Source: Desulfobacteraceae bacterium
GTDB lineage: Bacteria; Desulfobacterota; Desulfobacteria; Desulfobacterales; SURF-7
DNA length: 27,572 nucleotides
Assembly (NCBI GenBank): GCA_030619585.1
Contig: JAUXBD010000001.1
Location: forward strand, 1-27,572
Direction: 5' to 3'
Shown: positions 8,383-17,093 of the stretch, piece by piece
Numbering within the stretch: position 1 is the first letter of the stretch
Layout of the letters: each line of letters opens with the position of its first letter
Translations under genes and position numbers: made by a program
The notes under the pieces: generated by a model
Told to the model about the DNA's origin: nothing
Database searches by the model: none
The model's input: only the letters and a program-made list of their open reading frames with translations

Positions 8383-9477
8383 TTAGTTTTCTTTACCCAT
8401 GATGTACTTATAATAATATCCTAAGGCTAAGGAAAAACCCCTGTCATAACTTTTCACACCATCTTTGTGCCCTGATATTTTTAGATAATAGTCATTTATT
8501 TTAGTGGCAAGTTTTCTCAATATGAATCGTTGCACTTGTTTCCAATCATTCTCGAAACATTCAATATCTCTTGCCACATGTGTATTAATATTTTTAGGAA
8601 AATTTTCTTTACTCCACAAACTAAGTAAAGCTAAATATTGTAGCCTGACATCTTGCGAATGAAACATAGTTTGCAAAGAAAGTAATGTTGCACCAGCTTC
8701 ACTAGCAAAACCGTTCAAATGGCCTCGCTCATGACCTATGACAAAAGGCATGGAATGGTTAGGCAGGCCAGGAGGAATGGCAGGCTGGCCTACAAATGGT
8801 TGATACAGGCCTGCAAAACCCAGCCCCAACCAAATATTGCCAAAGAAAAAGTACTTAGTAGTGGCAGTTTTAATAGCCGGCAATTGGTGTGATTCGAGAA
8901 AACGGCTTTGCTCTTGCTCAATAAAAGCATCAAGCTTTGCTAAATCAAAATTGAATTCGCTACATCCTTCTGAGTTCTTGGGGAAGCTTCCACTCAATAC
9001 ATTAGCTTTTTCCGAAGTATAGGTTAATATCTTTTCAAGACTTGCTTCTCCCACTTTTTCAGGAAGGAGAAATAGTTCCATTTCAGATTGCCGGTGATGA
9101 TTAAGCATGAAAGTAAATACAACCACGAAAAGTAAGTATCCGCTCAGAGTTCCAAATATTAGTAGTAAATGATAGAAGTAAGCCTTCAAACCATACCGTC
9201 TATATCTGAGATAAGCGTACACAGGCAAGCATAAATAACATAACACCAAAAATATAAAAATCAAACCTGTAAGAGCGATGGGTAAAATACTTCCTATGAA
9301 AGCAAGCATGCTTACCATTATAGGGTATAAATTCCGACTATAATAGTACTCAACTAAATCAGGGGAAGTGCTAGTAACAAACCAAATAATAAGTGTCACG
9401 AAAAGAAGTGAAAGACCGATGATACGAGTCTTGGTTAGATAGCACCTTAATATATGTTCTTGCCAATATTTCATCAT
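8383..9477 (-). CDS. DUF3810-like membrane-anchored protein with an HExxH motif
   Basis: N-terminal TM helices and GHERGHLNGFASE (HExxH...E). Start placed at ATG 9477 (or 9474) after GGGAG. Confidence 0.72.
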   Translation of the reverse strand: MMKYWQEHILRCYLTKTRIIGLSLLFVTLIIWFVTSTSPDLVEYYYSRNLYPIMVSMLAFIGSILPIALTGLIFIFLVLCYLCLPVYAYLRYRRYGLKAYFYHLLLIFGTLSGYLLFVVVFTFMLNHHRQSEMELFLLPEKVGEASLEKILTYTSEKANVLSGSFPKNSEGCSEFNFDLAKLDAFIEQEQSRFLESHQLPAIKTATTKYFFFGNIWLGLGFAGLYQPFVGQPAIPPGLPNHSMPFVIGHERGHLNGFASEAGATLLSLQTMFHSQDVRLQYLALLSLWSKENFPKNINTHVARDIECFENDWKQVQRFILRKLATKINDYYLKISGHKDGVKSYDRGFSLALGYYYKYIMGKEN

Positions 9478-9716
9478 ACTCCCTAAACGGAAGCTAATTT
9501 TCTCTTTTATTTTCCTCTTGTAGGAAGTTGTCTCAGACAAAAAAAGCATCAATCCAAAGAGGGTAAGCGAGCGCACATGTTCCGTTTCCCTATGCGCGTG
9601 CTTTCTTCTTCCTTATTAAATCTGCATTGACTACCTTCAATGTATTTGTAAAACATTTTTATCTGATCCTCAATCATAAAATATCTATGACAATTGATAA
9701 TTTAAAGCGGGTAAAG

Positions 9717-9959
9717 TTAATTTAAGCATTCGAACCATATATAATACTTATTCATTTTTTTAATGTAATCATCATTAGCATATTCAGTATATGTGTGTTG
9801 TGGATAACTGTTTTGAAGTTCTGCAAGTTTTACTAAGGTTTCCATCAGGGATTTAGCTTCCATGTTATCTTCATTGCTTAAACATTCCATGTTGGCAATA
9901 TTTTTAGAGCGGTTCATAAGCTGTTCAGTTCTCATTATTATATTTTCATAAGTATTCAT
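9717..9959 (-). CDS. Small hypothetical protein (80 aa)
   Basis: Perfect AAGGAGG RBS upstream of the ATG; no family recognised. Confidence 0.7.
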   Translation of the reverse strand: MNTYENIIMRTEQLMNRSKNIANMECLSNEDNMEAKSLMETLVKLAELQNSYPQHTYTEYANDDYIKKMNKYYIWFECLN

Positions 9960-10017
9960 TGTTGATCCTCCTTAAGCATTTTTTTATAAACTCAGTTGCT
10001 ATCTGAACATTTATAGC

Positions 10018-10034
10018 ATCAAGAACCGTGCCAA
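10018..10034 (-). promoter_or_regulatory. Candidate sigma54 (-24/-12) promoter
   Basis: The minus strand reads TTGGCACGGTTCTTGAT. The -24 element TGGCACG is perfect; the -12 element is TTGA instead of TTGC, at the correct 10-nt GG-to-GC spacing. Confidence 0.55.
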
Positions 10035-10086
10035 GGTGTATACAGTTGAATAACAAGTAGTTATCAATTAACAGCTTGGGCGTCTT

Positions 10087-10122
10087 TCGACAATTGGTGT
10101 ATCGTCTCGACAAAATTGTCGA
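10087..10122. promoter_or_regulatory. Candidate enhancer-binding-protein sites
   Basis: Palindrome TCGACAA-AA-TTGTCGA at 10107-10122 and a second TCGACAA half-site at 10087, both upstream of the sigma54-like element. Confidence 0.45.
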
Positions 10123-10642
10123 AGTTTACATAGAGTAGAAGGGGTGCTGAAGGTTTATCATAGGAGTTCCTGCAAATTAATCATCCCACAGATGTACTTC
10201 CTTATACACCATATATGGCATAAAATAGAAATCTGCCTGATTACATCAATTGTTGTTGTTCCCATAAACGGATTTCGAATGTTATTGGAAATGATGTGTT
10301 GATTATTTAAGGACAAACTCTCCTGGCCACAACCTATCAAAACTGTATTGAAAAATCACCAAAATAATCCCAGGTGTAAAAAAGTGTAAAGTTGTTTCCC
10401 AGCCTCTTTTAACAAGGCACTTAGTTTTAACACCCCCCTTCACCTCTTTTTTTGATTGTATTGACATGAGAATCAGCTTTTGGCATACTCTGGCATCAAA
10501 AAAGTTAGAATTTCTTTTAAACCCGTTCGCAGACAGACCAAGTAAAAGCTGTATTAATACTGATAAATCGCAAAGGTATGACCATTTTTTGCGTACATCT
10601 GGGTAAGCGCCAATCCGGCAATTTGAAAAAAGGAGATCACAT

Positions 10643-11149
10643 ATGATTAATATAGTTGCAAAACTCATCTCAATATTAAATTCAGAGACCGAGCCGGGGC
10701 AGATAAGCCTTGCTTTCTGTCTTTCAATGGTCATTGGTTTTACACCTGTATTCTGCCCGCATAATCTTTTGGTGCTGCTTCTTGTACTGTTTCTCAGGGC
10801 TAACCTTTCTGCCTTTCTTTTTGGCTGGGCAGTGTTTTCGGCAATTGCATACCTGCTTGATCCCCTTTTTCATGCAATCGGCTATAAAGCACTCACAGCA
10901 CAGCCCCTTCATGGGCTATGGACATCTTGTTACAACATGACATTATGGCGTTTAGAGAACTTTAACAACTCTATTGTTATGGGAAGCCTGATTGTTTCCC
11001 TTACTCTTTTTATACCGCTCTATTTTATTTTTAATGTTCTTATTAAAAAATACAGGGGGCAGCTACTTGAATGGGTTCGAAAGACCAAGGTTATGGGCAT
11101 GCTTAAAGCAAGTAAACTTTACATAGCATATAAGGCTCTGGCTGGATAA
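10643..11149 (+). CDS. TIGR03546-family inner-membrane protein
   Basis: LNSETEPGQISLAFCLSMVIGFTP and FNNSIVMGS motifs; AAGGAG RBS; adjacent to its usual partner. Confidence 0.85.
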   Translation: MINIVAKLISILNSETEPGQISLAFCLSMVIGFTPVFCPHNLLVLLLVLFLRANLSAFLFGWAVFSAIAYLLDPLFHAIGYKALTAQPLHGLWTSCYNMTLWRLENFNNSIVMGSLIVSLTLFIPLYFIFNVLIKKYRGQLLEWVRKTKVMGMLKASKLYIAYKALAG

Positions 11150-11173
11150 ACATCAGCTTAAAGGAGACGGAAA

Positions 11174-12892
11174 ATGAAAAAGTGGATACGCTGGCAGGGA
11201 TTAATCGCATTTATAGGTATTGTGGTTGCACTTTCTGTTTTTTTTATTGTGTTTGCTGACGGGATTGCAAAGATGGCAATTAAAAAAACAGGCACTATGG
11301 TTGTAGGGGCGGTTGTGGATCTCGATGATGTGGATTTAGCCCTTTTTCCCTTAGGGCTTAAGCTAAAAGGCCTGAGGGTTACCAACCCTGATGAGCCCAT
11401 GAAAAATGCATTTGAAATTATGCGGGCAGATCTTTCTTTAAACGCATCAAATCTACTTTGGCGAAAAATTCTTATCAATAAGATGGCTGTAGATGGAGTC
11501 AAATTCAATACACCCAGGAAAAAGTCCGGTGCAATTAAGGTTTCAAAAAAATCCCGTGCACAGGAAAAATCAAAACAAGAAGAACTAAAAAAAAGAAAAC
11601 TGCCCTCTTTTGATGTAAAGGATGTAAAAACCATATTAAAAAAAGAGACGCTTTTAACAATAGAGGAGGCAAACAAACTCCAGAATGATATTGAGCAACA
11701 AAAAAAGTTTTTTGAAAAACAGCTTAAAGAACTTCCTGATGAAAATAAATTTGAGGGATATGAAAATCAGATCAAAAAACTAAAAAAGGTCAGCGGTTTT
11801 CAAGAAGTTCTAACAGCGGCAAAAGAGATTAAAACCCTTAAAAAGGATATTGAAAAAGATATTAACCAGTTGAAAAACACCAGAACAAATCTCAACACAA
11901 CTGTAAATATGCTTCAAAGCCGCCTGAAAAAGTTGCCCCAATACCCCATGGAAGATTTCCGCAGAATAAACTCAAAATACTCCCTTTCTCCACAGGGAAT
12001 GGGAAACTTGACCCATCTGATATTTGGACCCACCTATGCAAAATGGGTTGAAAATGGCCTTGTCTGGTATCATAAAATAGCGCCCATTGTTGAAAAAGGT
12101 CGAAAAAGTGATGAAAAACAAGAAGGAGTTGAACCTGTACGCGGGAAAGGTGTAAATGTTCATTTTGAAGAGTACGAGCCTTTACCTGAACTTCTTATCA
12201 AACATACATCTGTTTCGTTTGAAGTACCTGCCGGCGACTTTTCAGGAACCATAAAAAACATTACAAACAATCAGCGTATAGTTGGGGCTCCCACAACATG
12301 CGAATTTGATGGGAAGAAACTCAAGGGTGTGGACCTGGTGAAAATAACCGGCAATTTTAATCATGTATCCCCGGACACGTCAAAAGATACCATTGGAGCA
12401 ACAGTTCGGGGATTTAAAGTAGAGGGTCTTTCTATTTCCGATAGCGAAGAGTTTCCCCTTATCCTGGAAAAAGCCCTGGCCAACTTAAATTTGGATGCTG
12501 TAATTAAAGGCAATGCTGTTGATTCCAAAATGGAGTTTATATTAAGCTCTGTGCAGTTTCCGGAACCAAAAGAGGACAGCAGCATTGTCATACGCTCTAT
12601 TCGCAATGCCCTGTCAGCTGTAACTGACTGCTCAATCACAGCTGATATAAAAGGGACTCTTGATAAACAGGATATAAAGATAGAATCTGACATTGACGAC
12701 CGGCTCAAAAAAGCCATATCCCAAACAGTGATGAAACAGACAGAAGAATTTAAGGCAAAACTCATAAAAGAGATTAACGGCAGTACCCATGCACAAGTCA
12801 GTGCGCTCAAAGGCAGCATAGCCGGCCTCGACTCTATTGACCAAAAACTGCAAGACCGTTTACAGCTTGGCAATCAATTGACAAGAAACTAA
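11174..12892 (+). CDS. TIGR03545-family protein (N-terminal TM, AsmA-like start, coiled-coil middle)
   Basis: MKKWIRWQG N-terminus, TM anchor, LRVTNPDEPMKN and RGKGVNVHF; AAGGAG RBS; follows TIGR03546. Confidence 0.85.
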   Translation: MKKWIRWQGLIAFIGIVVALSVFFIVFADGIAKMAIKKTGTMVVGAVVDLDDVDLALFPLGLKLKGLRVTNPDEPMKNAFEIMRADLSLNASNLLWRKILINKMAVDGVKFNTPRKKSGAIKVSKKSRAQEKSKQEELKKRKLPSFDVKDVKTILKKETLLTIEEANKLQNDIEQQKKFFEKQLKELPDENKFEGYENQIKKLKKVSGFQEVLTAAKEIKTLKKDIEKDINQLKNTRTNLNTTVNMLQSRLKKLPQYPMEDFRRINSKYSLSPQGMGNLTHLIFGPTYAKWVENGLVWYHKIAPIVEKGRKSDEKQEGVEPVRGKGVNVHFEEYEPLPELLIKHTSVSFEVPAGDFSGTIKNITNNQRIVGAPTTCEFDGKKLKGVDLVKITGNFNHVSPDTSKDTIGATVRGFKVEGLSISDSEEFPLILEKALANLNLDAVIKGNAVDSKMEFILSSVQFPEPKEDSSIVIRSIRNALSAVTDCSITADIKGTLDKQDIKIESDIDDRLKKAISQTVMKQTEEFKAKLIKEINGSTHAQVSALKGSIAGLDSIDQKLQDRLQLGNQLTRN

Positions 12893-12950
12893 CATTTTGT
12901 TTTTCTGTCAAGCCGTACCATAACAGTCAATTTCGGAAAGGGGATGATCT

Positions 12951-13412
12951 TCAAGGCATCACATAAGAACCCAACCCGTCATAATGATCAACAGTGCAGA
13001 ATTGAGCTCCTACTTGGAGGCCTCGCATAGATGTTATGTTCACCTCCCTTTTTATTAGAGATCTTTGCTGGTCGTCCAGTTTGAACTCAACCATAAGCTT
13101 ATCTCCAGTCGAAAATTTAGGGGGTGAACTCATCTTGAAACCCATGCCGACATAGGACACATCTGTCACTGTCATAACCCCTCTATAATCATCCTCGGTT
13201 ATATATCGTCCCGGCAGATCAGCTACTCTTCTAAAATTTCTTCTTCTTTCAAGAGATACGGAATATTCATGTCCGCATTTACACTTACAGTTTACCTTGA
13301 TAGCGGTTGCCGCTCCTATATATTCGGATACATCTGCTATTCTTGATCTGTCACATTCAGGGCAATTAAAAGTCGCTGTATCATCTTTGTTTAAATAAAC
13401 TTTTAAATCCAT
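12951..13412 (-). CDS. Zn-ribbon + PilZ domain protein
   Basis: N-terminal CPEC...CKCKC, then the PilZ motifs RRRNFRR (RxxxR) and DVSYVG (DxSxxG). Confidence 0.85.
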   Translation of the reverse strand: MDLKVYLNKDDTATFNCPECDRSRIADVSEYIGAATAIKVNCKCKCGHEYSVSLERRRNFRRVADLPGRYITEDDYRGVMTVTDVSYVGMGFKMSSPPKFSTGDKLMVEFKLDDQQRSLIKREVNITSMRGLQVGAQFCTVDHYDGLGSYVMP

Positions 13413-13514
13413 TTAAAACACCTCAGAATTTTGTTATTAAGGTAGATCTGTTGTATAGTATCGGACTGGCTAAACCTCAACAGTTGAACCAATTATTTAC
13501 AGATATACTTTAAG

Positions 13515-14618
13515 GTGAAAAAAATCAAGAACCTATTCAATTCCAACAGAGATTTAGCAGCCGGATATTCAGACTGGCATGAAATACTTTCAGACAGCAT
13601 TGTCTCTGCAGATCAACTATCAACCTTTCTGCCTGTGAACAATAAAGAGGTGAAAAAGACCGCCATAAAATTTCCCATGCGAATAAATCCGTATTATCTT
13701 TCCTTGATTTCAAAGAAGGGTGACCCCATATGGAAACAGGCGGTTCCGGATATTCATGAGATTGACAGCCCCCTGGGATCAAAAGACCCTCTTATGGAGG
13801 AGGTGCAGTCTCCTGTTCCAAACCTCACCCACCGCTACCCCGACAGGGTGCTGTTTATGATATCAAACAAGTGCGGCATGTACTGCCGGTTTTGCCTGCG
13901 AAAAAGAAAAGTCGGTCTTGATTCTGTTGTAACCGAGGACACAATAAGACAGGGGATTGAATACATAAGAAAAACGAGAACAATACATGATGTGATTCTT
14001 TCAGGAGGCGACCCTCTTCTCCTGGAAGATGATACAATAAACACAATTTTAAAGCAGGTTAGAAAAGCCCCCCATGTTAAGATCATTCGAATACACACAA
14101 GGGTGCCGTGTATAATTCCACAGCGTGTCACAACACAGCTTGCAAACATCATTAAAAAATTCCATCCGATTTTCATAAACACTCATTTTAATCATCCCGA
14201 TGAGATAACAAATGAAGCAGGAAAGGCATGCGCCATCCTTGCCGATGCGGGCATTCCCCTGGGTTGTCAGACGGTTTTGTTAAAAGGTATAAATGATGAC
14301 CCAACGGTCATGAAATATTTAATGAAAAAACTTTTAATGGTAAGGGTGAAGCCTTACTATATTCATCATTGTGATCCGGTTAAAGGGGCTTGCCATTTTG
14401 GGACCTCCGTAAAATGCGGGATAAATATCATAAAGGCACTTCGGGGGCATATTTCGGGAATGTGTGTACCTCAGTATATGATAGACCTTCCGGGAGGTGG
14501 AGGTAAAGTACCGATCCTGCCGGAATACGTGAAAAATATTAAAAATGGCATAATGAAAATTGAGAACTATAGGGGAGAAACCTTTGAATATCCAATAACC
14601 GGGGTTATTAAAATCTGA
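13515..14618 (+). CDS. KamA-family radical SAM/PLP aminomutase, probably lysine 2,3-aminomutase
   Basis: HRYPDRVL, CGMYCRFC (CxxxCxxC), SGGDPL, and DLPGGGGK carrying the PLP lysine. Confidence 0.9.
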   Translation: MKKIKNLFNSNRDLAAGYSDWHEILSDSIVSADQLSTFLPVNNKEVKKTAIKFPMRINPYYLSLISKKGDPIWKQAVPDIHEIDSPLGSKDPLMEEVQSPVPNLTHRYPDRVLFMISNKCGMYCRFCLRKRKVGLDSVVTEDTIRQGIEYIRKTRTIHDVILSGGDPLLLEDDTINTILKQVRKAPHVKIIRIHTRVPCIIPQRVTTQLANIIKKFHPIFINTHFNHPDEITNEAGKACAILADAGIPLGCQTVLLKGINDDPTVMKYLMKKLLMVRVKPYYIHHCDPVKGACHFGTSVKCGINIIKALRGHISGMCVPQYMIDLPGGGGKVPILPEYVKNIKNGIMKIENYRGETFEYPITGVIKI

Positions 14619-14650
14619 TTTTTCTTGATTTAGAGCAAGTCTTAATATAT

Positions 14651-14736
14651 ATCTCTCCGTTGGATCGAAAATCATGTCAGGAAACTGGACGAGGTTTTGA
14701 TGACTATGCTTAACTGCAGGCTTGAACAGGAGAGAT
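14651..14736 (+). promoter_or_regulatory. Candidate structured 5' leader RNA of the FDH operon
   Basis: An 8-bp perfect closing stem ATCTCTCC (14651-14658) / GGAGAGAT (14729-14736) encloses a CAG-GAAA-CTG tetraloop hairpin at 14678-14687. Confidence 0.45.
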
Positions 14737-14755
14737 GGTAAATTAAGGAGGCATA

Positions 14756-15217
14756 ATGGAGGAACGTTTAGAAAAAATTTTATCATGCTACGATGGCAAA
14801 AACTTTGAACTGATTCCAATTTTGCAGGAAGTTCAACATGAATTCGGTTACCTTCCGGAATCTGAGATGAGCGAGGTAGCCAAATTTGTTGGACTGCCTA
14901 AAAGCCGCATCTATGGGGTGGCAACATTTTTTGAGCAATTCAAATTCACCCCACAGGGCAAAAACCTGGTAACCGTTTGCAGGGGGACTGCCTGCCATGT
15001 TCGCGGCGCCAAGCGAATTCTTGAAGAATTTGAAGACAAATTAAATATAAAGGAAGGGGAAACAACTGAAGATTTGGAATACACTTTGGGTACTGCCGCT
15101 TGTATCGGGTGCTGTGCGCTGGCGCCGTGTGTGATGATAAATGACGACGTGGAGGCCAAGTTGACCCCGAAAAAAGTGGCTAAGTTTTTCAGCAAGGAGA
15201 CAGCCGATGAAATTTAG
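14756..15217 (+). CDS. NuoE/HydC-like [2Fe-2S] subunit of an NAD-linked formate dehydrogenase
   Basis: VCRGTACH...CIGCCALAP and VATFFEQF; AAGGAGG RBS. Confidence 0.93.
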   Translation: MEERLEKILSCYDGKNFELIPILQEVQHEFGYLPESEMSEVAKFVGLPKSRIYGVATFFEQFKFTPQGKNLVTVCRGTACHVRGAKRILEEFEDKLNIKEGETTEDLEYTLGTAACIGCCALAPCVMINDDVEAKLTPKKVAKFFSKETADEI

Positions 15218-17093
15218 TGAAATCAAAAAGCGGGCAGACGATGAATGGAAGCAATTGCAGCAAAGCAAAGAGCCGACGCTTTTCATTGGAGCTGCTACCT
15301 GTGGCCGCTCTGCCGGCGCGTTAGAGACCAAGAAAACATTTCAAGAGGAATTTGAAAAAAGAGGAATCAATGCGAATATTGTAGAGGTGGGCTGCCTTGG
15401 TCCATGTTGGGCCGAGCCGCTTATCAGTATTGTGAAACCAGGCGGTCCGAATATTTTTTACAAAAATGTTACAGCTAAGCGGGCAACCGAACTGGTTGAA
15501 AAATTTATTATTGGGGATGACCCTTTGCCTGAATTCGCGTTAGGGCTCGTTGGGGATAAAGGGGATTACGACATTCCTGTACTGTGGGATCTGCCTAATT
15601 TCAAGGCCCAGCAAAGGGTGCTTTTCCGCAACTTCGGATTTATCGATCCCACTAATATAAACCATTACATTGCCAATGACGGCTATAGCGGCCTGGAAAA
15701 GGCCATCTCCATGGAACAGACTGCGGTGATTGAGGAGTTAAAAACATCCGGCCTGCGCGGAAGAGGCGGCGGCGGATTTCCCGCTGGGCGCAAATGGGAA
15801 GCCGGATTACAGGCTAAGGAGAAGGAAAAATACGTGGTCTGCAACGCCGACGAAGGCGATCCCGGCGCATTTATGGACCGCTCTGTGTTGGAAGGCGAGC
15901 CCCATTCTGTTCTGGAAGGCATGATTATCGCCGGTTACACCATCGGAGCACAAAAAGGGTATATTTATGTGCGGGCCGAATACCCCCTGGCCGTTAAACG
16001 TCTTCAGGACGCCATCCATCAGGCGACTGATATGGGTTTACTTGGCGAGGACATCCTGGGCAGCGGATTCAGTTTTGAAATTTCACTTTTTCAAGGTGCC
16101 GGTGCCTTTGTCTGCGGCGAATCAACCGCCCTGACTTTGTCCATGGAAGGGAGAAGGGGTATGCCCAAGGCGTCCCCGAGGCCCCGTACTACTGAGGAAG
16201 GTCTTTTTGACAAGCCAACCCTATTGAACAATGTAAAAACCTTTTCTTATGTCCCCCAGATCATCAACCGGGGGGGCGCGTGGCTGTCGGCCATCGGTAC
16301 TGAAAAGAGCAAGGGAACAGCGGTCTTTGCACTAACGGGCATGGTAAACAATTGCGGCCTGATCGAGGTCCCCATGGGGCTCACCGTCCGGGAAATCATC
16401 TATGATATCGGCGGTGGCATTTCCAACGATAAAACGTTCAAGGCTGTCCAGACCGGTGGACCTTCAGGCGGCTGTTTGCCGAAGCAGTTCCTGGATACGC
16501 CGGTGGACTACGATTCGCTGAAAGCCGCCGGCTCCATGATGGGCTCAGGCGGTATGGTGATCATGGATGAGACCACCTGCATGGTGGATATTGCCCGTTA
16601 TTTTCTTGATTTTACCCAGAAGGAATCGTGCGGTCAGTGCACGCTCTGCAAGCTTGGAACCAAGCAGATGCTGAATATCCTGGAAGACATTGTCGATGGA
16701 AAAGGTCAGCCCAAAGATATCGACATTCTTCTTGAAATCGGTAAAGCGGTTAACGGCGGCTCACTTTGCGGTTTAGGACAGAGCGCGGCGAACCCTGTGC
16801 TCACCACTATTAAATATTTTCGAGAAGAATATGAAGAGCATATCAACGAGAAACGCTGCTCTGCCCTGGCATGCAAAGCGCTCATCTCGTACTGTATCGA
16901 TGCTGATAAGTGCAAAGGTTGCACCATCTGCGCCAAGGCCTGTCCGGCTGATGCCATTTCCGGAGAGAAGAAAGAGGTACACGTGATTGACCAATCCAAA
17001 TGTATCCAATGCGGTATGTGTCTGGAAAAATGCCCGAAGAAATTTCGCGCAGTGGAATGCGTCCCGGGACGTTTAAATGAAGGAGGTAAATAG
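15207..17093 (+). CDS. NuoF/HydB-like FMN/NADH-binding subunit with an N-terminal thioredoxin-like domain and C-terminal 2x[4Fe-4S]
   Basis: GRGGGGFP, NADEGDPGAFMDR, GAFVCGE, GGPSGG, ESCGQCTLC...SLCGLG and two C-terminal CxxCxxC motifs; overlaps the upstream gene. Confidence 0.94.
   Translation: MKFSEIKKRADDEWKQLQQSKEPTLFIGAATCGRSAGALETKKTFQEEFEKRGINANIVEVGCLGPCWAEPLISIVKPGGPNIFYKNVTAKRATELVEKFIIGDDPLPEFALGLVGDKGDYDIPVLWDLPNFKAQQRVLFRNFGFIDPTNINHYIANDGYSGLEKAISMEQTAVIEELKTSGLRGRGGGGFPAGRKWEAGLQAKEKEKYVVCNADEGDPGAFMDRSVLEGEPHSVLEGMIIAGYTIGAQKGYIYVRAEYPLAVKRLQDAIHQATDMGLLGEDILGSGFSFEISLFQGAGAFVCGESTALTLSMEGRRGMPKASPRPRTTEEGLFDKPTLLNNVKTFSYVPQIINRGGAWLSAIGTEKSKGTAVFALTGMVNNCGLIEVPMGLTVREIIYDIGGGISNDKTFKAVQTGGPSGGCLPKQFLDTPVDYDSLKAAGSMMGSGGMVIMDETTCMVDIARYFLDFTQKESCGQCTLCKLGTKQMLNILEDIVDGKGQPKDIDILLEIGKAVNGGSLCGLGQSAANPVLTTIKYFREEYEEHINEKRCSALACKALISYCIDADKCKGCTICAKACPADAISGEKKEVHVIDQSKCIQCGMCLEKCPKKFRAVECVPGRLNEGGK

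Noticed and set aside
10485-10505. TGGCATACTCTGGCA as a second sigma54 promoter
   Set aside because: The GG-to-GC spacing is 9 nt rather than the required 10.
10303-10734. 143-aa minus-strand ORF
   Set aside because: It overlaps the start and RBS of the well-supported TIGR03546 gene on the opposite strand and has no recognisable motif or RBS.
11158-12873. Long minus-strand ORFs (172 aa and 170 aa) opposite the TIGR03545 gene
   Set aside because: They are Ser/Phe-rich antisense shadows of a Lys/Glu-rich coding strand.
14720-14745. Glycine riboswitch or SRP RNA reading of the FDH leader (ACAGGAGAGA; GTCAGG)
   Set aside because: It lacks the CCGAAG and CUCAGG elements of the glycine aptamer and the GGAAGGAAGCAG-type domain IV of SRP RNA.
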